Positions 25,471 through 35,296 of a stretch of DNA of 64,000 nt are shown here, in pieces. This DNA comes from a virus. Under the pieces are notes generated by a model, which did not search any database, had not been told where the DNA came from, and saw only the letters and a list, made by a program, of their open reading frames with translations. How positions within the stretch are numbered: the first letter of the stretch is position 1; each line of letters starts with the position of its first letter. Position numbers and translations under genes: made by a program. The stretch spans positions 52,662 to 116,661 of IMG/VR virus record IMGVR_UViG_3300010885_036069. One strand, given 5' to 3'.

Positions 25471-27690
25471 TTAGTCAACAAACTTGAGGCGGCACCGGCA
25501 AGCAAGCGCCAAATGTGCAGGAGCAAGCGGATCTCCGGGGTAGCGAAGTCCTACGCCATCAATGGAGAACGCATCCCCAATATCAATCGTCTTACCTTCA
25601 AGCATCCGATGCTGGGGCCGTACCCGCTCATCGCGTCGGGTTCGCCATGTCTTCTGTGGCGCTCCAGTCTGCTGTCCAGCAAGATACATACCGCCATTAA
25701 ATGCTGCTTGTGACTCAATTTCAGCAATCCGTCGACGACGCTTTGAGAGAAGATCAACAAAAATTGCAGCAAGAGCAGCAATCAGGAGCTTATGGCCCTC
25801 TTCGGGATCTTCATTTCCGAGCGTCTTGGCGGCAAGAATGGCAGCGGCAATTTCTTCCATAGTGGTGCGGTTGACCTGCTGAATTCGCCGTGTTTGCTGG
25901 TTCACAATATCCTGATATTCATCCTCAGTTGGATCAACAGGAATGTCAGCCTTTGAGCCGACCATCCCAGCAGCATCAGAAACTATTCCGGAAATAACTG
26001 GTCGTAAATCTTCAGAAATCTGTTTGTTCCAAGTTTCAATATCAAAAAGATTCTCGGGTTCAAGTTTTCCTTCAGCAAGGGCTTTTCGTGCCTTTGCTCC
26101 CTTGGCCTTTTCAAGGATTACTCGCTGCTGACGCTCAACAAACCGCTCAAGGGTGCGATCCATGATGGCCTCCCAACGTGTTGTTGAGTCAGCCGCTTTC
26201 GCATCCCATTCGTCATTATCTGACCAGCGCTTGACGAGGATTTCAGAAAGCGGTTCTGAAAGTGTCTGCATGCTTTCGGCCATGCCAGGCTCGCTGATTG
26301 GAGCAGCCTCTGGCGGTGCGGCCCCTGCTTGAGCCTCCGCCGGACCTTCGGCTGCCGCTGCCTGCATTGGGTTTGGCATCCCATCAGGACCGACCGGTGC
26401 AACTCCCGGCATTCCCGGCATTCCCGGCTGTGCCTGTTGTTGAGTTGGGTCAACATAGGGCATATCCCTGCTCGTATTGCCAATTGGAGCAAGATTAGGA
26501 TTGGCAAGCATTGAATCGGCAAGATCGGAAACGACTGGACCTCGCCCTGTTCCGTCGCGATATTCGTTAGCCGTAATCAACCCATTCCCAAACTCCGTGA
26601 GCAAATACTGCTCACGCTCCTGTTTGGCGAGGATAAGAATTGGGACATTTGAGGTATCAAACTCAAACCAGTGCTTGTCATCAAGTGGGTCAAAGCCCCT
26701 TGCAAGCATTTCAAGATGTGGACCCATTGTCTCCATCCAGAAAACACGCAATTCCTCAGAAGCGTTGGAAAAGGTGCGACCTGAAGCATTTCCAATTACC
26801 GATTCAGGAACACCGAAAGCGGCAAGAATTTCTTCCTTGGTTAATCGTCGCATTTCAACATAGGCGGCATCGCGAGGGTTTGAACCCGTATCAATATAGT
26901 CAGCACCCTCTTCTGATGCAATAATTGAAACAGCTCCAGCACGCCCGATATTTCCACGGAATCGACTACGAAGTTCTTCCTTGTCTTCCTCGTCCATGTC
27001 ACCGCGAACGACAATCAAGCCACCTGGGCGACCATCATTAATAAGGAAATTTCGGTTATAGAACTTGGAGAGATTCTCAATTTCAATGGCAACCCCAGCG
27101 GCCTCCATTGGAGTCATTGAAAGGTAGGGGTCTAGCGGGTGAGGATGTCGGAACCAAAGGACATCCTCTGGTCGCAAAACCGTCTTATTTGGCTGCCCTG
27201 GAATATCAACCTCAAATCCAGAAACAAACTTTTTTGCGTCTGGAATCGGTGAAGTATGTTGCGGTGGAAGAAGATGAAGGGCAATTGGATTTCCATCCCG
27301 ACCGCGAACAATTTCCACAAATGCCCCACGAGTGGACATTAGAAGTTGGGCTGACAACCGATAACGAAAAACGAAACTATTTTCACCAGGATTGGAAACT
27401 GAGTTGAATAACTTTAAAATATCATGAGTTTCAACGATTGGCCCAACCGGAGAATTGTTCTTCCTAAGACGAACGGGAAGCCGAGCTTGATTTCCTGCTA
27501 ATGCATCAATAGCACGGAAGAGCCAAGTAACCTTCTTGACTCCATCGTAATAGGCGCGATCAATGTCCCATCCATCGTGATACCCGCGCCCTGGTTGCAG
27601 CGCAGCGCTAGTTGTTACTGGGGCGCCATAGGAAATTGCCTTGCCGCTAGAACCAGTAATTTGCTTGTTGCTCGGTGTGTTCCAAGCCAT
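25471..27690 (-). CDS. HK97-family portal protein fused to a C-terminal MuF (head morphogenesis) domain
   Basis: N.GRPGG.I, EEI.AAFGVP..VIG portal motifs; C-terminal KTWRT..D.RVR..H..LEG...YPGDP.......CRC. Confidence 0.92.
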   Translation of the reverse strand: MAWNTPSNKQITGSSGKAISYGAPVTTSAALQPGRGYHDGWDIDRAYYDGVKKVTWLFRAIDALAGNQARLPVRLRKNNSPVGPIVETHDILKLFNSVSNPGENSFVFRYRLSAQLLMSTRGAFVEIVRGRDGNPIALHLLPPQHTSPIPDAKKFVSGFEVDIPGQPNKTVLRPEDVLWFRHPHPLDPYLSMTPMEAAGVAIEIENLSKFYNRNFLINDGRPGGLIVVRGDMDEEDKEELRSRFRGNIGRAGAVSIIASEEGADYIDTGSNPRDAAYVEMRRLTKEEILAAFGVPESVIGNASGRTFSNASEELRVFWMETMGPHLEMLARGFDPLDDKHWFEFDTSNVPILILAKQEREQYLLTEFGNGLITANEYRDGTGRGPVVSDLADSMLANPNLAPIGNTSRDMPYVDPTQQQAQPGMPGMPGVAPVGPDGMPNPMQAAAAEGPAEAQAGAAPPEAAPISEPGMAESMQTLSEPLSEILVKRWSDNDEWDAKAADSTTRWEAIMDRTLERFVERQQRVILEKAKGAKARKALAEGKLEPENLFDIETWNKQISEDLRPVISGIVSDAAGMVGSKADIPVDPTEDEYQDIVNQQTRRIQQVNRTTMEEIAAAILAAKTLGNEDPEEGHKLLIAALAAIFVDLLSKRRRRIAEIESQAAFNGGMYLAGQQTGAPQKTWRTRRDERVRPQHRMLEGKTIDIGDAFSIDGVGLRYPGDPLAPAHLALACRCRLKFVD

Positions 27691-27896
27691 TATTCAGCCC
27701 CAAGGATGTAGCCGACAATTCCGGAAGTTACGCCAAAGCAGATCCATCCTGCCGGCGGGTAGATCATTGCAACTCCAATGCTTGGTGCAATAATAAAACC
27801 AAACATAAGCAAATAAGCAGCAATTAGCCTCCACTGCTTTCCTGCAAGTCTTTTGGGGATTGACACAAAGAAGCGTTTGGTAGCAGTGAGGTTCAT
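27690..27896 (-). CDS. Small membrane protein upstream of the portal
   Basis: Two hydrophobic segments; TAATG overlap with the portal start. Confidence 0.65.
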   Translation of the reverse strand: MNLTATKRFFVSIPKRLAGKQWRLIAAYLLMFGFIIAPSIGVAMIYPPAGWICFGVTSGIVGYILGAE

Positions 27897-27946
27897 TTTC
27901 CTACGGTTCGTTAGGCTAATCTTGCTGACAATCCTAGCGCATTAAG

Positions 27947-29269
27947 GTGACAAGAGTGGCAGATCAGGACTGGGGAGAAATTCTCAAGTACTTAAAACCA
28001 AAAGAACCGTTGTTTTGTCCAGAACTTCCATCCGTTCAGCAACAGGTGTTTTTGCGTACCAATGCCATTGAGGCTCTCTTTGGTGGGGCTGCGGGCGGTG
28101 GAAAGTCAAGTGCGCTCTTGATGGCGGCACTTCAATATGTGGATATCCCGAGTTATTCGGCATTGCTGTTCAGAAAGAGCCTAACCGACCTCACCCTTCC
28201 GGGCGCCCTTATGGATCGTTTCCGTGAATGGGTCGCTCCGCATGACGATGTTCGATGGAACGCCAACACCTATACGGCGGTATTCCCCTCGGGCGCTCGT
28301 ATTTCCTTCGGGTATCTCAATAACAAAGAGGACTACCTCCGCTACAAGGGCGTTGAGGCCCAGTTCATCGGAATGGACGAAGTAACCGAAATCCGAGAGT
28401 CGGACTACAGGTACTTGTTCTCTCGTCTGCGCCGTCCTTCTTCTGGGCCGCTGAGCCGAGTTCCACTTCGCATGCGATGTGCGTCAAACCCTGCTCCAAA
28501 TTGGGTTAGGCAACGATTCATTATTGAGGGTCGTGAAAAGAATCGGATCTTCGTCCCATCTAAGTTGACCGACAACCCCGGCGTTGATGCTGCCTCGTAC
28601 CGGAAGGCGCTGCAAGAACTTGATCCAGTAGAACGTCGTCGCCTAGAAGAAGGCGATTGGTTTGTTACATCCTTGGGATCAATGTTCAACCGTGAGGACT
28701 TTGTAATCATTGACCCGATGGAAGTTCCCACGATGGTAAATAAGGTTTCTAGAGTCGTCAGGTTTTGGGATTTCGCTGCTACTGAACCATCTAGTTCCAA
28801 TCCGGACCCTGACTGGACAGTCGGAACATTGGTAATGTTCACAGAGGGCATCGTCTACATTCTTGATGTTCGTCGAGCGCGAGTTCGTTCAGAAAAGGTA
28901 GAGGCACTTATCCGGCAGACAGCCGATGAGGATGGGCCGCTAGTTTCAATCCGGATGGAGCAAGAACCAGGCTCATCCGGAAAAGCCCTTATAGATCAAT
29001 ATGCGCGATATGTGCTACCTGGTTTTGATGTCCAAGGAATCAGGGCAACGGGGGACAAAGAGAGTCGCGCGCGCCCATTTGCATCTTCCGTGGCAAATGG
29101 TAATGTTCGAGTCGTTCGGGCGTCTTGGCTGTCAGATTGGCTAGACGAATTTGCAACTTTTCCCGAATCGCTCGCCCATGACGATCAAGTTGACTCAGCG
29201 GTAGGCGCTTTTACATTTTTGGCTGGCCTTGGACTTCCACAACGGAAAAGGGCTAGCATCATTCTCTAG
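27947..29269 (+). CDS. terL: Terminase large subunit
   Basis: Walker A GGAAGGGKS, Walker B FIGMDE, ASNP, nuclease motifs WDFA...DWTVG and HDDQVDS. Confidence 0.95.
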   Translation: MTRVADQDWGEILKYLKPKEPLFCPELPSVQQQVFLRTNAIEALFGGAAGGGKSSALLMAALQYVDIPSYSALLFRKSLTDLTLPGALMDRFREWVAPHDDVRWNANTYTAVFPSGARISFGYLNNKEDYLRYKGVEAQFIGMDEVTEIRESDYRYLFSRLRRPSSGPLSRVPLRMRCASNPAPNWVRQRFIIEGREKNRIFVPSKLTDNPGVDAASYRKALQELDPVERRRLEEGDWFVTSLGSMFNREDFVIIDPMEVPTMVNKVSRVVRFWDFAATEPSSSNPDPDWTVGTLVMFTEGIVYILDVRRARVRSEKVEALIRQTADEDGPLVSIRMEQEPGSSGKALIDQYARYVLPGFDVQGIRATGDKESRARPFASSVANGNVRVVRASWLSDWLDEFATFPESLAHDDQVDSAVGAFTFLAGLGLPQRKRASIIL

Positions 29270-29299
29270 GCAATATCTAACTAACAGACAAACCAAAGG

Positions 29300-29779
29300 T
29301 TGACCATGACCGAAGAATTTGACATTGCATATTTACTTGGCGTGATTTACGACCATGTGAACTCTGGTCTTCTTCAAGAAGATCAAGAATCCCTTGCGGA
29401 ACTTGTAATGATTCTGGCTGAAGCAAAGAGTGAAATTTCAGACATGCTTGAAATGACAAAAACTCGTCTTGCAGATGAAATGGGCGACTCATCATTGTTC
29501 AACTTTGAGGGAGTCACCTTTGAAAAGAAATACAGCGTCCCAAGGAAGACATGGGACCATAAGGGTCTGACAAATGTCGTCGCTACGAGGATCGTTGACA
29601 TGTCCGTTGACATGGACACTGGCGAAGTTCTGAAGACCCCACAAGAAATGCTTGCAGAATTAGTCAAATACACAGGAATTTCTTATTGGAAAGTCAAGGA
29701 GCTTGAGAAAATTGGAATCAACGCAAACAACTACTGCGAAACCGGTGACTCGAAAGCGAACATCATCATCCGCAAGTAG
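29300..29779 (+). CDS. Hypothetical protein of the recombination module
   Basis: 159-aa ORF between terL and the Rad52-like gene. Confidence 0.65.
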   Translation: MTMTEEFDIAYLLGVIYDHVNSGLLQEDQESLAELVMILAEAKSEISDMLEMTKTRLADEMGDSSLFNFEGVTFEKKYSVPRKTWDHKGLTNVVATRIVDMSVDMDTGEVLKTPQEMLAELVKYTGISYWKVKELEKIGINANNYCETGDSKANIIIRK

Positions 29780-29804
29780 TAAAACTAAAAAGGAAAACTT
29801 GATT

Positions 29805-30506
29805 GTGACTACCGAAGAAGCAACACCGGTTGTATCTATTGACTACGACAAGATCATGGCTGAACTTGCAGAACCATTCCCAGCGGAACTGCTGCGAGAA
29901 AATCCAGCAAAGCGGCTTACTTATGTTCCAATCGCTGAAGTAATTGCGCGACTCAATCGAGTTCTTGGTGTTCAGAATTGGTCAACTGAAATCCTTCGCG
30001 CTTGGCGCGAACCGGATCATCCTGATTGGGTTATTTCTCAAGTTAGGTTGACTATTCGCATTGGATCTCAAACGATCACACGCGAAGGAATTGGTGGACA
30101 GCAAGTCAAGTTCCGCAAGAGCGGTGATGTGGTTGATCTTGGTGATGAGTTCAAGGGTGCATATTCGGACGCTCTTAAGAAAGCAGCACAATCTCTTGGA
30201 GTGGGTCTTGAACTTGCTCGAACTGACGAAGCACTCGCTTATGTTGAAGACACCTATGAAGCCCCTGCCGAACCTACTCCCGAGTCAAAGGTCTATACAG
30301 TTCTGAAGGGTCACATTGATTCAATGTCGCCAGATCAGAAAATGGAACTGAAGACTTGGTGGGGTTCTATGTATCCAGGTCAAGGTGCGCCATCAACAAC
30401 ATCCTCACTTGACGCTCTTAACGCTGCAATTATTGAGGCCGTCAAGATCACCACACCAGGGATGATCGCAGTTAATCCCAACACTGGAGAATCCCTTGAA
30501 GGTTGA
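29805..30506 (+). CDS. Rad52/Rad22-family (Sak-like) single-strand annealing protein
   Basis: YV....VIARLN.VLG..NWS...REGIG...KGA.SDALKKAA..LGVG. Confidence 0.85.
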   Translation: MTTEEATPVVSIDYDKIMAELAEPFPAELLRENPAKRLTYVPIAEVIARLNRVLGVQNWSTEILRAWREPDHPDWVISQVRLTIRIGSQTITREGIGGQQVKFRKSGDVVDLGDEFKGAYSDALKKAAQSLGVGLELARTDEALAYVEDTYEAPAEPTPESKVYTVLKGHIDSMSPDQKMELKTWWGSMYPGQGAPSTTSSLDALNAAIIEAVKITTPGMIAVNPNTGESLEG

Positions 30507-31275
30507 TGGTGAAGTATGCGAAACGCCCGCTCACCTCTCACCCTCGTCAATCGGAACGTGGCAGCAATGTCCGTTGCGGTTTAGGTACAGCAGGCTTGAT
30601 CGCATCCAAGAACCCTCAACACAGCCTCAAATTCTTGGTTCTTTCGTTCATGAGGTTCTTGAGTTTCTTTACATGGAACCAGCAGAGGAGAGAACACTTG
30701 CCACGGCAAGGCGACTTTCTGCAAAACTTTGGGCTGAGAAGTGGGAACAAGAAGTTGAAGTTCTTGGGCTGAGTGACGAAAATCTCCACAAGTTCCGATG
30801 GCAGTCGTGGTGGTGCATAGAAGCACTTTGGGCAATGGAAGACCCTCGGTCAATGGAATTCGCCGGCATTGAGAAGAAACTAGAAATGAAGGTCGGTGAC
30901 GCAAAACTTCTCGGGATTGTTGATAGGTACCATCATGACGAGAACGGAAAGATTGTCATTGGTGACTACAAGACCGGCAAGAAGCCTCGCGCAAAGTACG
31001 AGGAGGAGAAACGCTTTCAGCTCACTGTTTATGTTGACCTCATTCAAAGTACTCTTGATGAGTCTGTCAGCGCAGCAGAACTTCTCTACCTCAAAGAGGG
31101 CGTTCGATGGACAATCCATCCCACAGAGGAGGATGTTCTTAAAATGCGAGAAGTAGTTATGAATGTATGGTCCGAAATCAAAACTGGCTGCGCTACCGGA
31201 ACTTTTGAAGCGCGACCAACGATCCTTTGCGACTGGTGCAATTACAAGAGTTTTTGTCCAGCGCACGAACGGTAA
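30496..31275 (+). CDS. RecB/Cas4-like PD-(D/E)XK exonuclease with 4-Cys cluster
   Basis: LSPSS...CP, G..DR, DYKTG, QL..Y, CDWC.Y...C. Confidence 0.88.
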   Translation: MKVDGEVCETPAHLSPSSIGTWQQCPLRFRYSRLDRIQEPSTQPQILGSFVHEVLEFLYMEPAEERTLATARRLSAKLWAEKWEQEVEVLGLSDENLHKFRWQSWWCIEALWAMEDPRSMEFAGIEKKLEMKVGDAKLLGIVDRYHHDENGKIVIGDYKTGKKPRAKYEEEKRFQLTVYVDLIQSTLDESVSAAELLYLKEGVRWTIHPTEEDVLKMREVVMNVWSEIKTGCATGTFEARPTILCDWCNYKSFCPAHER

Positions 31276-31276
31276 A

Positions 31277-31840
31277 ATGTTAACTGATGACAATTTCGCT
31301 CGGCTTGTTGCTGAAGATGTAAAAAATCGTGTTTCAAGTGAACAATCCGATTACCTCAGACAGCCGGAAAATCATGATCGCTGGAAGCGTTCGCTTCAGT
31401 TGCTCCTTGTCAACCTTGATGGTCAGTTGGATGAATTGGCGGCCAAGGAGGAGCTTGAGGTTCGTCGCTATAGCGATCTTGGGGTTGATGGGGTCGGGCT
31501 ACTTGCGGAAGTTCAAACGGTCATTGAACAGCGAAGACGAAAGATTGTTCGTTTTAGGTTCCACGTTGAGCAGCGACTTGATGATGTAACCCGAATGAGT
31601 AACGCCGTCAGCAAGGTTGAGTCTGAACAGATTGGTAATTACAACCTCCTCAGGTCTGCAATTCAAAAACACAAGTCAATTGTTCTTGATGAGGACTTTT
31701 TCCCTTCGTTGTCGGATGCCGAGCAAGACTCGGTTGATGAAGCCCTATGGGCATCTCTTGATGGGGTGTGGGCTTTTGATGGCATTGAGTTAACTGGAGA
31801 AAAGCAAGATGAGAAAAACCGCACCCCGCCCGGTCACTAA
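31277..31840 (+). CDS. Hypothetical helical protein
   Basis: ATG 31277 immediately after the exonuclease stop. Confidence 0.65.
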   Translation: MLTDDNFARLVAEDVKNRVSSEQSDYLRQPENHDRWKRSLQLLLVNLDGQLDELAAKEELEVRRYSDLGVDGVGLLAEVQTVIEQRRRKIVRFRFHVEQRLDDVTRMSNAVSKVESEQIGNYNLLRSAIQKHKSIVLDEDFFPSLSDAEQDSVDEALWASLDGVWAFDGIELTGEKQDEKNRTPPGH

Positions 31841-32897
31841 AATTGGGATTGCATCAGCCGACTGGTCTGCATCGCTGAGGGATTACGAGTTTCATCCAGT
31901 CATGGGCGGAGCGTGCTGGGTTCGATTTGGTCAATTGATGCCATACACGAGGAACCATTTTGTATTTGGAAAACTCGCTATTTCAAAGGGACTTCCGCAT
32001 GTGCAGTCCCATGACGGCGTTCTCCATACCGACTGCTCTGTCATTGTTATGCAGAGAAATATGGGAATTGACGTTCCTGATGCTGTTTCTAAAGCGGTGG
32101 CCTCGGGCCGGAAAATCGTAAATGATGTTGATGATTGGTTTTGGGGCATTCATCCGAAAAATGGAGCCGCTAAGGCAGTAGATCCAAAACTAAATAAAAA
32201 GTCAAATCTTGATTTTTATAAATTAACCCTAGAGCGATCTTCGCTGGTCACGGTTTCAACACCATTTCTAGAAAATGAATTGATGAGTTGGAATCCTAAA
32301 GTTCAACTAATTAGAAATCATATTGCTTATGCAAATTTCAAGCCGAGGGTTCACAGGAAGGCCATTCCAATTATTGGATGGTGCGGTTCAACCGGTCATC
32401 GCTCAGATGATCTCCCAATATTAAAAGAACCTTTTTCTCAGATAAAAAAGTCAAAACAGAAGTTCTTCTTTCATCATACGGGACATATTCAAGATGCAAA
32501 GTCCTTTGCTTCTGAGGTCGGACTTGCAGAAAAAGAAGTAACCAAACTCCCGTTACTAATGCCTTCTGAATATCCATCAGGATTTTGTTTTGATATTGGC
32601 GTTGTTCCGCTTAGCGATATTCCTTTTAATGATGCGAAATCTTGGATCAAGGGTCTTGAATATGCCGCCGCTGGGATTCCGTTTATTGCCTCGTCATCCC
32701 CAGAGTACAGAATCCTTCATGATGAATATGGAGTTGGTCGACTTGCTAGTACTCCAGAAGAATGGGTAGAACATTTTACTGAATTGTCTGATCCCATGAC
32801 CAGGGCCGTGGAAGCAACTAGAAACCGCCAGATAGTCATTGATAATTTTGATCCACAGGCAATGGCCAATCAGTGGGATGAATTGGCATGGTCTTAA
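31809..32897 (+). CDS. GT-B (GT4-like) glycosyltransferase
   Basis: DVDD, VTVST..L, IGW.GS..H..DL, DIGVVPL...FN.AKS.IK.LEYAAAGIP.IAS. Confidence 0.85.
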   Translation: MRKTAPRPVTKIGIASADWSASLRDYEFHPVMGGACWVRFGQLMPYTRNHFVFGKLAISKGLPHVQSHDGVLHTDCSVIVMQRNMGIDVPDAVSKAVASGRKIVNDVDDWFWGIHPKNGAAKAVDPKLNKKSNLDFYKLTLERSSLVTVSTPFLENELMSWNPKVQLIRNHIAYANFKPRVHRKAIPIIGWCGSTGHRSDDLPILKEPFSQIKKSKQKFFFHHTGHIQDAKSFASEVGLAEKEVTKLPLLMPSEYPSGFCFDIGVVPLSDIPFNDAKSWIKGLEYAAAGIPFIASSSPEYRILHDEYGVGRLASTPEEWVEHFTELSDPMTRAVEATRNRQIVIDNFDPQAMANQWDELAWS

Positions 32898-32898
32898 T

Positions 32899-33201
32899 AT
32901 GAGGCATAGGTCCAAGAAAAAAGAAGCGGAATATGCCCTAAGACGCCCACTAGTAAAGCGAATGCTTGAAGAAAGTCCTTGGTGTCAAGCCTGTCCGGTG
33001 TTTGCCGAACACGACGAAAAGGTCATATACCGACGGAACCAGTCTTGCGATGTGCATGAACTGAAGCGTCGAAGCCAGGGTGGTTCAATCCTTGACGAGG
33101 AGAACTGCATCACCGTATGTCGTCCGTGTCATCAGCGAATTGGCAACTACCCACAGTTGGCATTTGACCTTGGACTAGCCAAACATGGTTGGGAAGATTA
33201 A
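32899..33201 (+). CDS. HNH endonuclease
   Basis: CQAC...DVHE..RRSQGG....N..TVCRPCH. Confidence 0.85.
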   Translation: MRHRSKKKEAEYALRRPLVKRMLEESPWCQACPVFAEHDEKVIYRRNQSCDVHELKRRSQGGSILDEENCITVCRPCHQRIGNYPQLAFDLGLAKHGWED

Positions 33202-33806
33202 TCCATCGGCGAAAAGGATGCTTTTTTCTGCTTAACGCGTGGCGAGTTTTTCCATGCTTCAGCAAGTTTTTCACCGTCTGCGGTGACTTCTTCTCCACCG
33301 TTAAGAAATGTGGATGCTCCACTTGCGATATGAATGATGTCGGCAACATTGAAGAGCCTAAAGGAAATCCCCATACGTCGATAATCGCTACTGACGTAAA
33401 CCTGCTGGAGTTTTCCACTTTCTTGTTCCCATCGGACGGCAGCAACTTGATCTGCCGTGGTGTGTCCGAGCCTGCGGAACTCTTCTATTTCTAAAACGTG
33501 ACCGTTGGGGAATCTGTTGTCAGCGAAAGCAACGATTGAATATGTTGCTGGAAACGGCTCTTTGTGTCGTGGTACTAGCAGATACCAGAGATCAGGGATT
33601 TTTGGTGAGTAACTGCGATCCGACCAAATGACCAGACGATCATTTTCTAGGCTAATAGTTGAGTAGGGGTCCGCCAGCGTGGGTTTAGCGTCTGCCTCAA
33701 TCGTGGAAGGTTTTGCAACTTCTTCCGTCGTGAATGATTGAACTGCGTTCCAGTCCTCGTTTAGAGGGGCAGAACGCCAAAACCACGTTGTCGGGTATTC
33801 GGTCAT
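33198..33806 (-). CDS. GNAT-like acetyltransferase domain protein
   Basis: C-terminal QVYVSSDYRRMGIS acetyl-CoA-binding motif; T.DG.....W. Confidence 0.6.
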   Translation of the reverse strand: MTEYPTTWFWRSAPLNEDWNAVQSFTTEEVAKPSTIEADAKPTLADPYSTISLENDRLVIWSDRSYSPKIPDLWYLLVPRHKEPFPATYSIVAFADNRFPNGHVLEIEEFRRLGHTTADQVAAVRWEQESGKLQQVYVSSDYRRMGISFRLFNVADIIHIASGASTFLNGGEEVTADGEKLAEAWKNSPRVKQKKASFSPMD

Positions 33807-33809
33807 GGG

Positions 33810-34328
33810 TTACAGGTTAGACCCGCAACCTTCGTAACCGATGACAATTGTTGCTGCGGTGTAGTCGGTGTCAAGACCTGAGAAGTCTCCACCATCAGTC
33901 CAAATGTAAAACATCAAGTATTCGTCTGGGTCAATCTGAGATACAAGACCGGCGTAGTCGCCATAGGAATACCATTCCCATTCGCCTTCAATCGGCTTCA
34001 CCATTGGAGTTGCCACATTGCTGACATACACGCCAGTGCCGCAGTCCACCGTTGGTTTTTCGTTCGGACCGAAGAACTCAATGATGTCTTCGTAGTCTGG
34101 GTCAACCCCCGGAAGGGTTTGATCACTCTGACGGCCCTTGGCGCAACCAAGACCCCAAATGCGTCCGTCTTCAAACTCGCCACGACATTCGCCGTTTACA
34201 ATCAATTGAACGCTTGTAACATTTACCTTTGACGGGAATGAGACTAGGCGATACCAGTTGGGGGAATCGTTTTCGTCAAAGTGATCAAGGGTTACGGTCA
34301 TTGTTGATTCTGGGGTGATTCCGGACAT
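33810..34328 (-). CDS. Acidic hypothetical protein
   Basis: GAGGAG SD before ATG 34328. Confidence 0.6.
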   Translation of the reverse strand: MSGITPESTMTVTLDHFDENDSPNWYRLVSFPSKVNVTSVQLIVNGECRGEFEDGRIWGLGCAKGRQSDQTLPGVDPDYEDIIEFFGPNEKPTVDCGTGVYVSNVATPMVKPIEGEWEWYSYGDYAGLVSQIDPDEYLMFYIWTDGGDFSGLDTDYTAATIVIGYEGCGSNL

Positions 34329-34389
34329 GTACACTCCTCAAGTGCGGGATTAATATTCCGAACAATACCATAATGGGAATACTCATATT

Positions 34390-34941
34390 GTGAATATAAA
34401 AATAGTTGGTCTGGACTTATCCCTCACTTCAACTGGATTCTCTTGCGGGGATTCCATTGAAACTATTTCGGTTTCAACCAAAGGGCCACAACGATTATCT
34501 TCTATTCGTAACTCAATTATTGAGTTGTTAGAACCGATAGATAACCCGTGTGTTTGCATTGAGGGCTACAGTTTCGCAAGCAGAAATTCCCAAGCTCATT
34601 CAATAGGTGAACTCGGCGGTGTGATTCGAGTCGCTCTATGGGAACGCCAGATTCCTTACATTGAAATTCCTCCGACCAGCAGAGCAAAATTTGCGACAGG
34701 ACGAGGGAACGCCGCTAAGACTGAGGTGATGTCAGCGATTTCGGCACGCACAGGAATCGTCTGGTCCGGAAAGGGCGCCGACGATAAATGTGATGCTTGG
34801 ATTCTAGAGCAAATGGGTAAAACCAAATTAGGGCAATCCGATTACGAATGGCCGGCAATCAACCTTGAAGCACTAATCAAGATTGATTGGTCCCCTTTAC
34901 AGCAATTAGAAGAAGAGGTAGTTTCTCTGAATGATGAATAA
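34390..34941 (+). CDS. ruvC: RuvC-like Holliday junction resolvase
   Basis: GLDLSLTSTG, IEGY, ELGGVIR, KFATGRGNA.K, DDKCDA. Confidence 0.85.
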   Translation: MNIKIVGLDLSLTSTGFSCGDSIETISVSTKGPQRLSSIRNSIIELLEPIDNPCVCIEGYSFASRNSQAHSIGELGGVIRVALWERQIPYIEIPPTSRAKFATGRGNAAKTEVMSAISARTGIVWSGKGADDKCDAWILEQMGKTKLGQSDYEWPAINLEALIKIDWSPLQQLEEEVVSLNDE

Positions 34942-35290
34942 CTCGGGAAAGCGAAATGCTCCTATTTCACAGGTTGATGTGGAAGAGGAAATTATTAGAT
35001 TACTTAACTTACTTGAATCCGAAACCGAAGCATTTGAACTTCTTGCTGAGGACTCAGCAAAAAAAGAGGCTCGCTACAAGGCCGAATGGGCAAAGGCGTA
35101 TCTCTCAGCAAATGGTTCAATCAAGGAACGCGAAGCCTGGTCCGATTATCAGATGGAATCACAGTCGCTGGATCACAAGATCGCTGAAGCGCTTCTCAAG
35201 TCAAAACGTGAAAAACTCACATCGCTCAGGACTAGTATTGATGCCCTCCGGACGCTGAACGCAAATGTTCGCTCCATGACAATGCCCTAG
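34931..35290 (+). CDS. Coiled-coil hypothetical protein (possibly UvsY-like)
   Basis: Helical composition; position after RuvC. Confidence 0.5.
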   Translation: MMNNSGKRNAPISQVDVEEEIIRLLNLLESETEAFELLAEDSAKKEARYKAEWAKAYLSANGSIKEREAWSDYQMESQSLDHKIAEALLKSKREKLTSLRTSIDALRTLNANVRSMTMP

Positions 35291-35296
35291 ATAACT

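Noticed and set aside
30496-31275. Cas4-like nuclease as evidence of CRISPR-Cas
   Set aside because: It sits beside a Rad52-like annealase as in phage recombination modules; no other cas genes or array are present.
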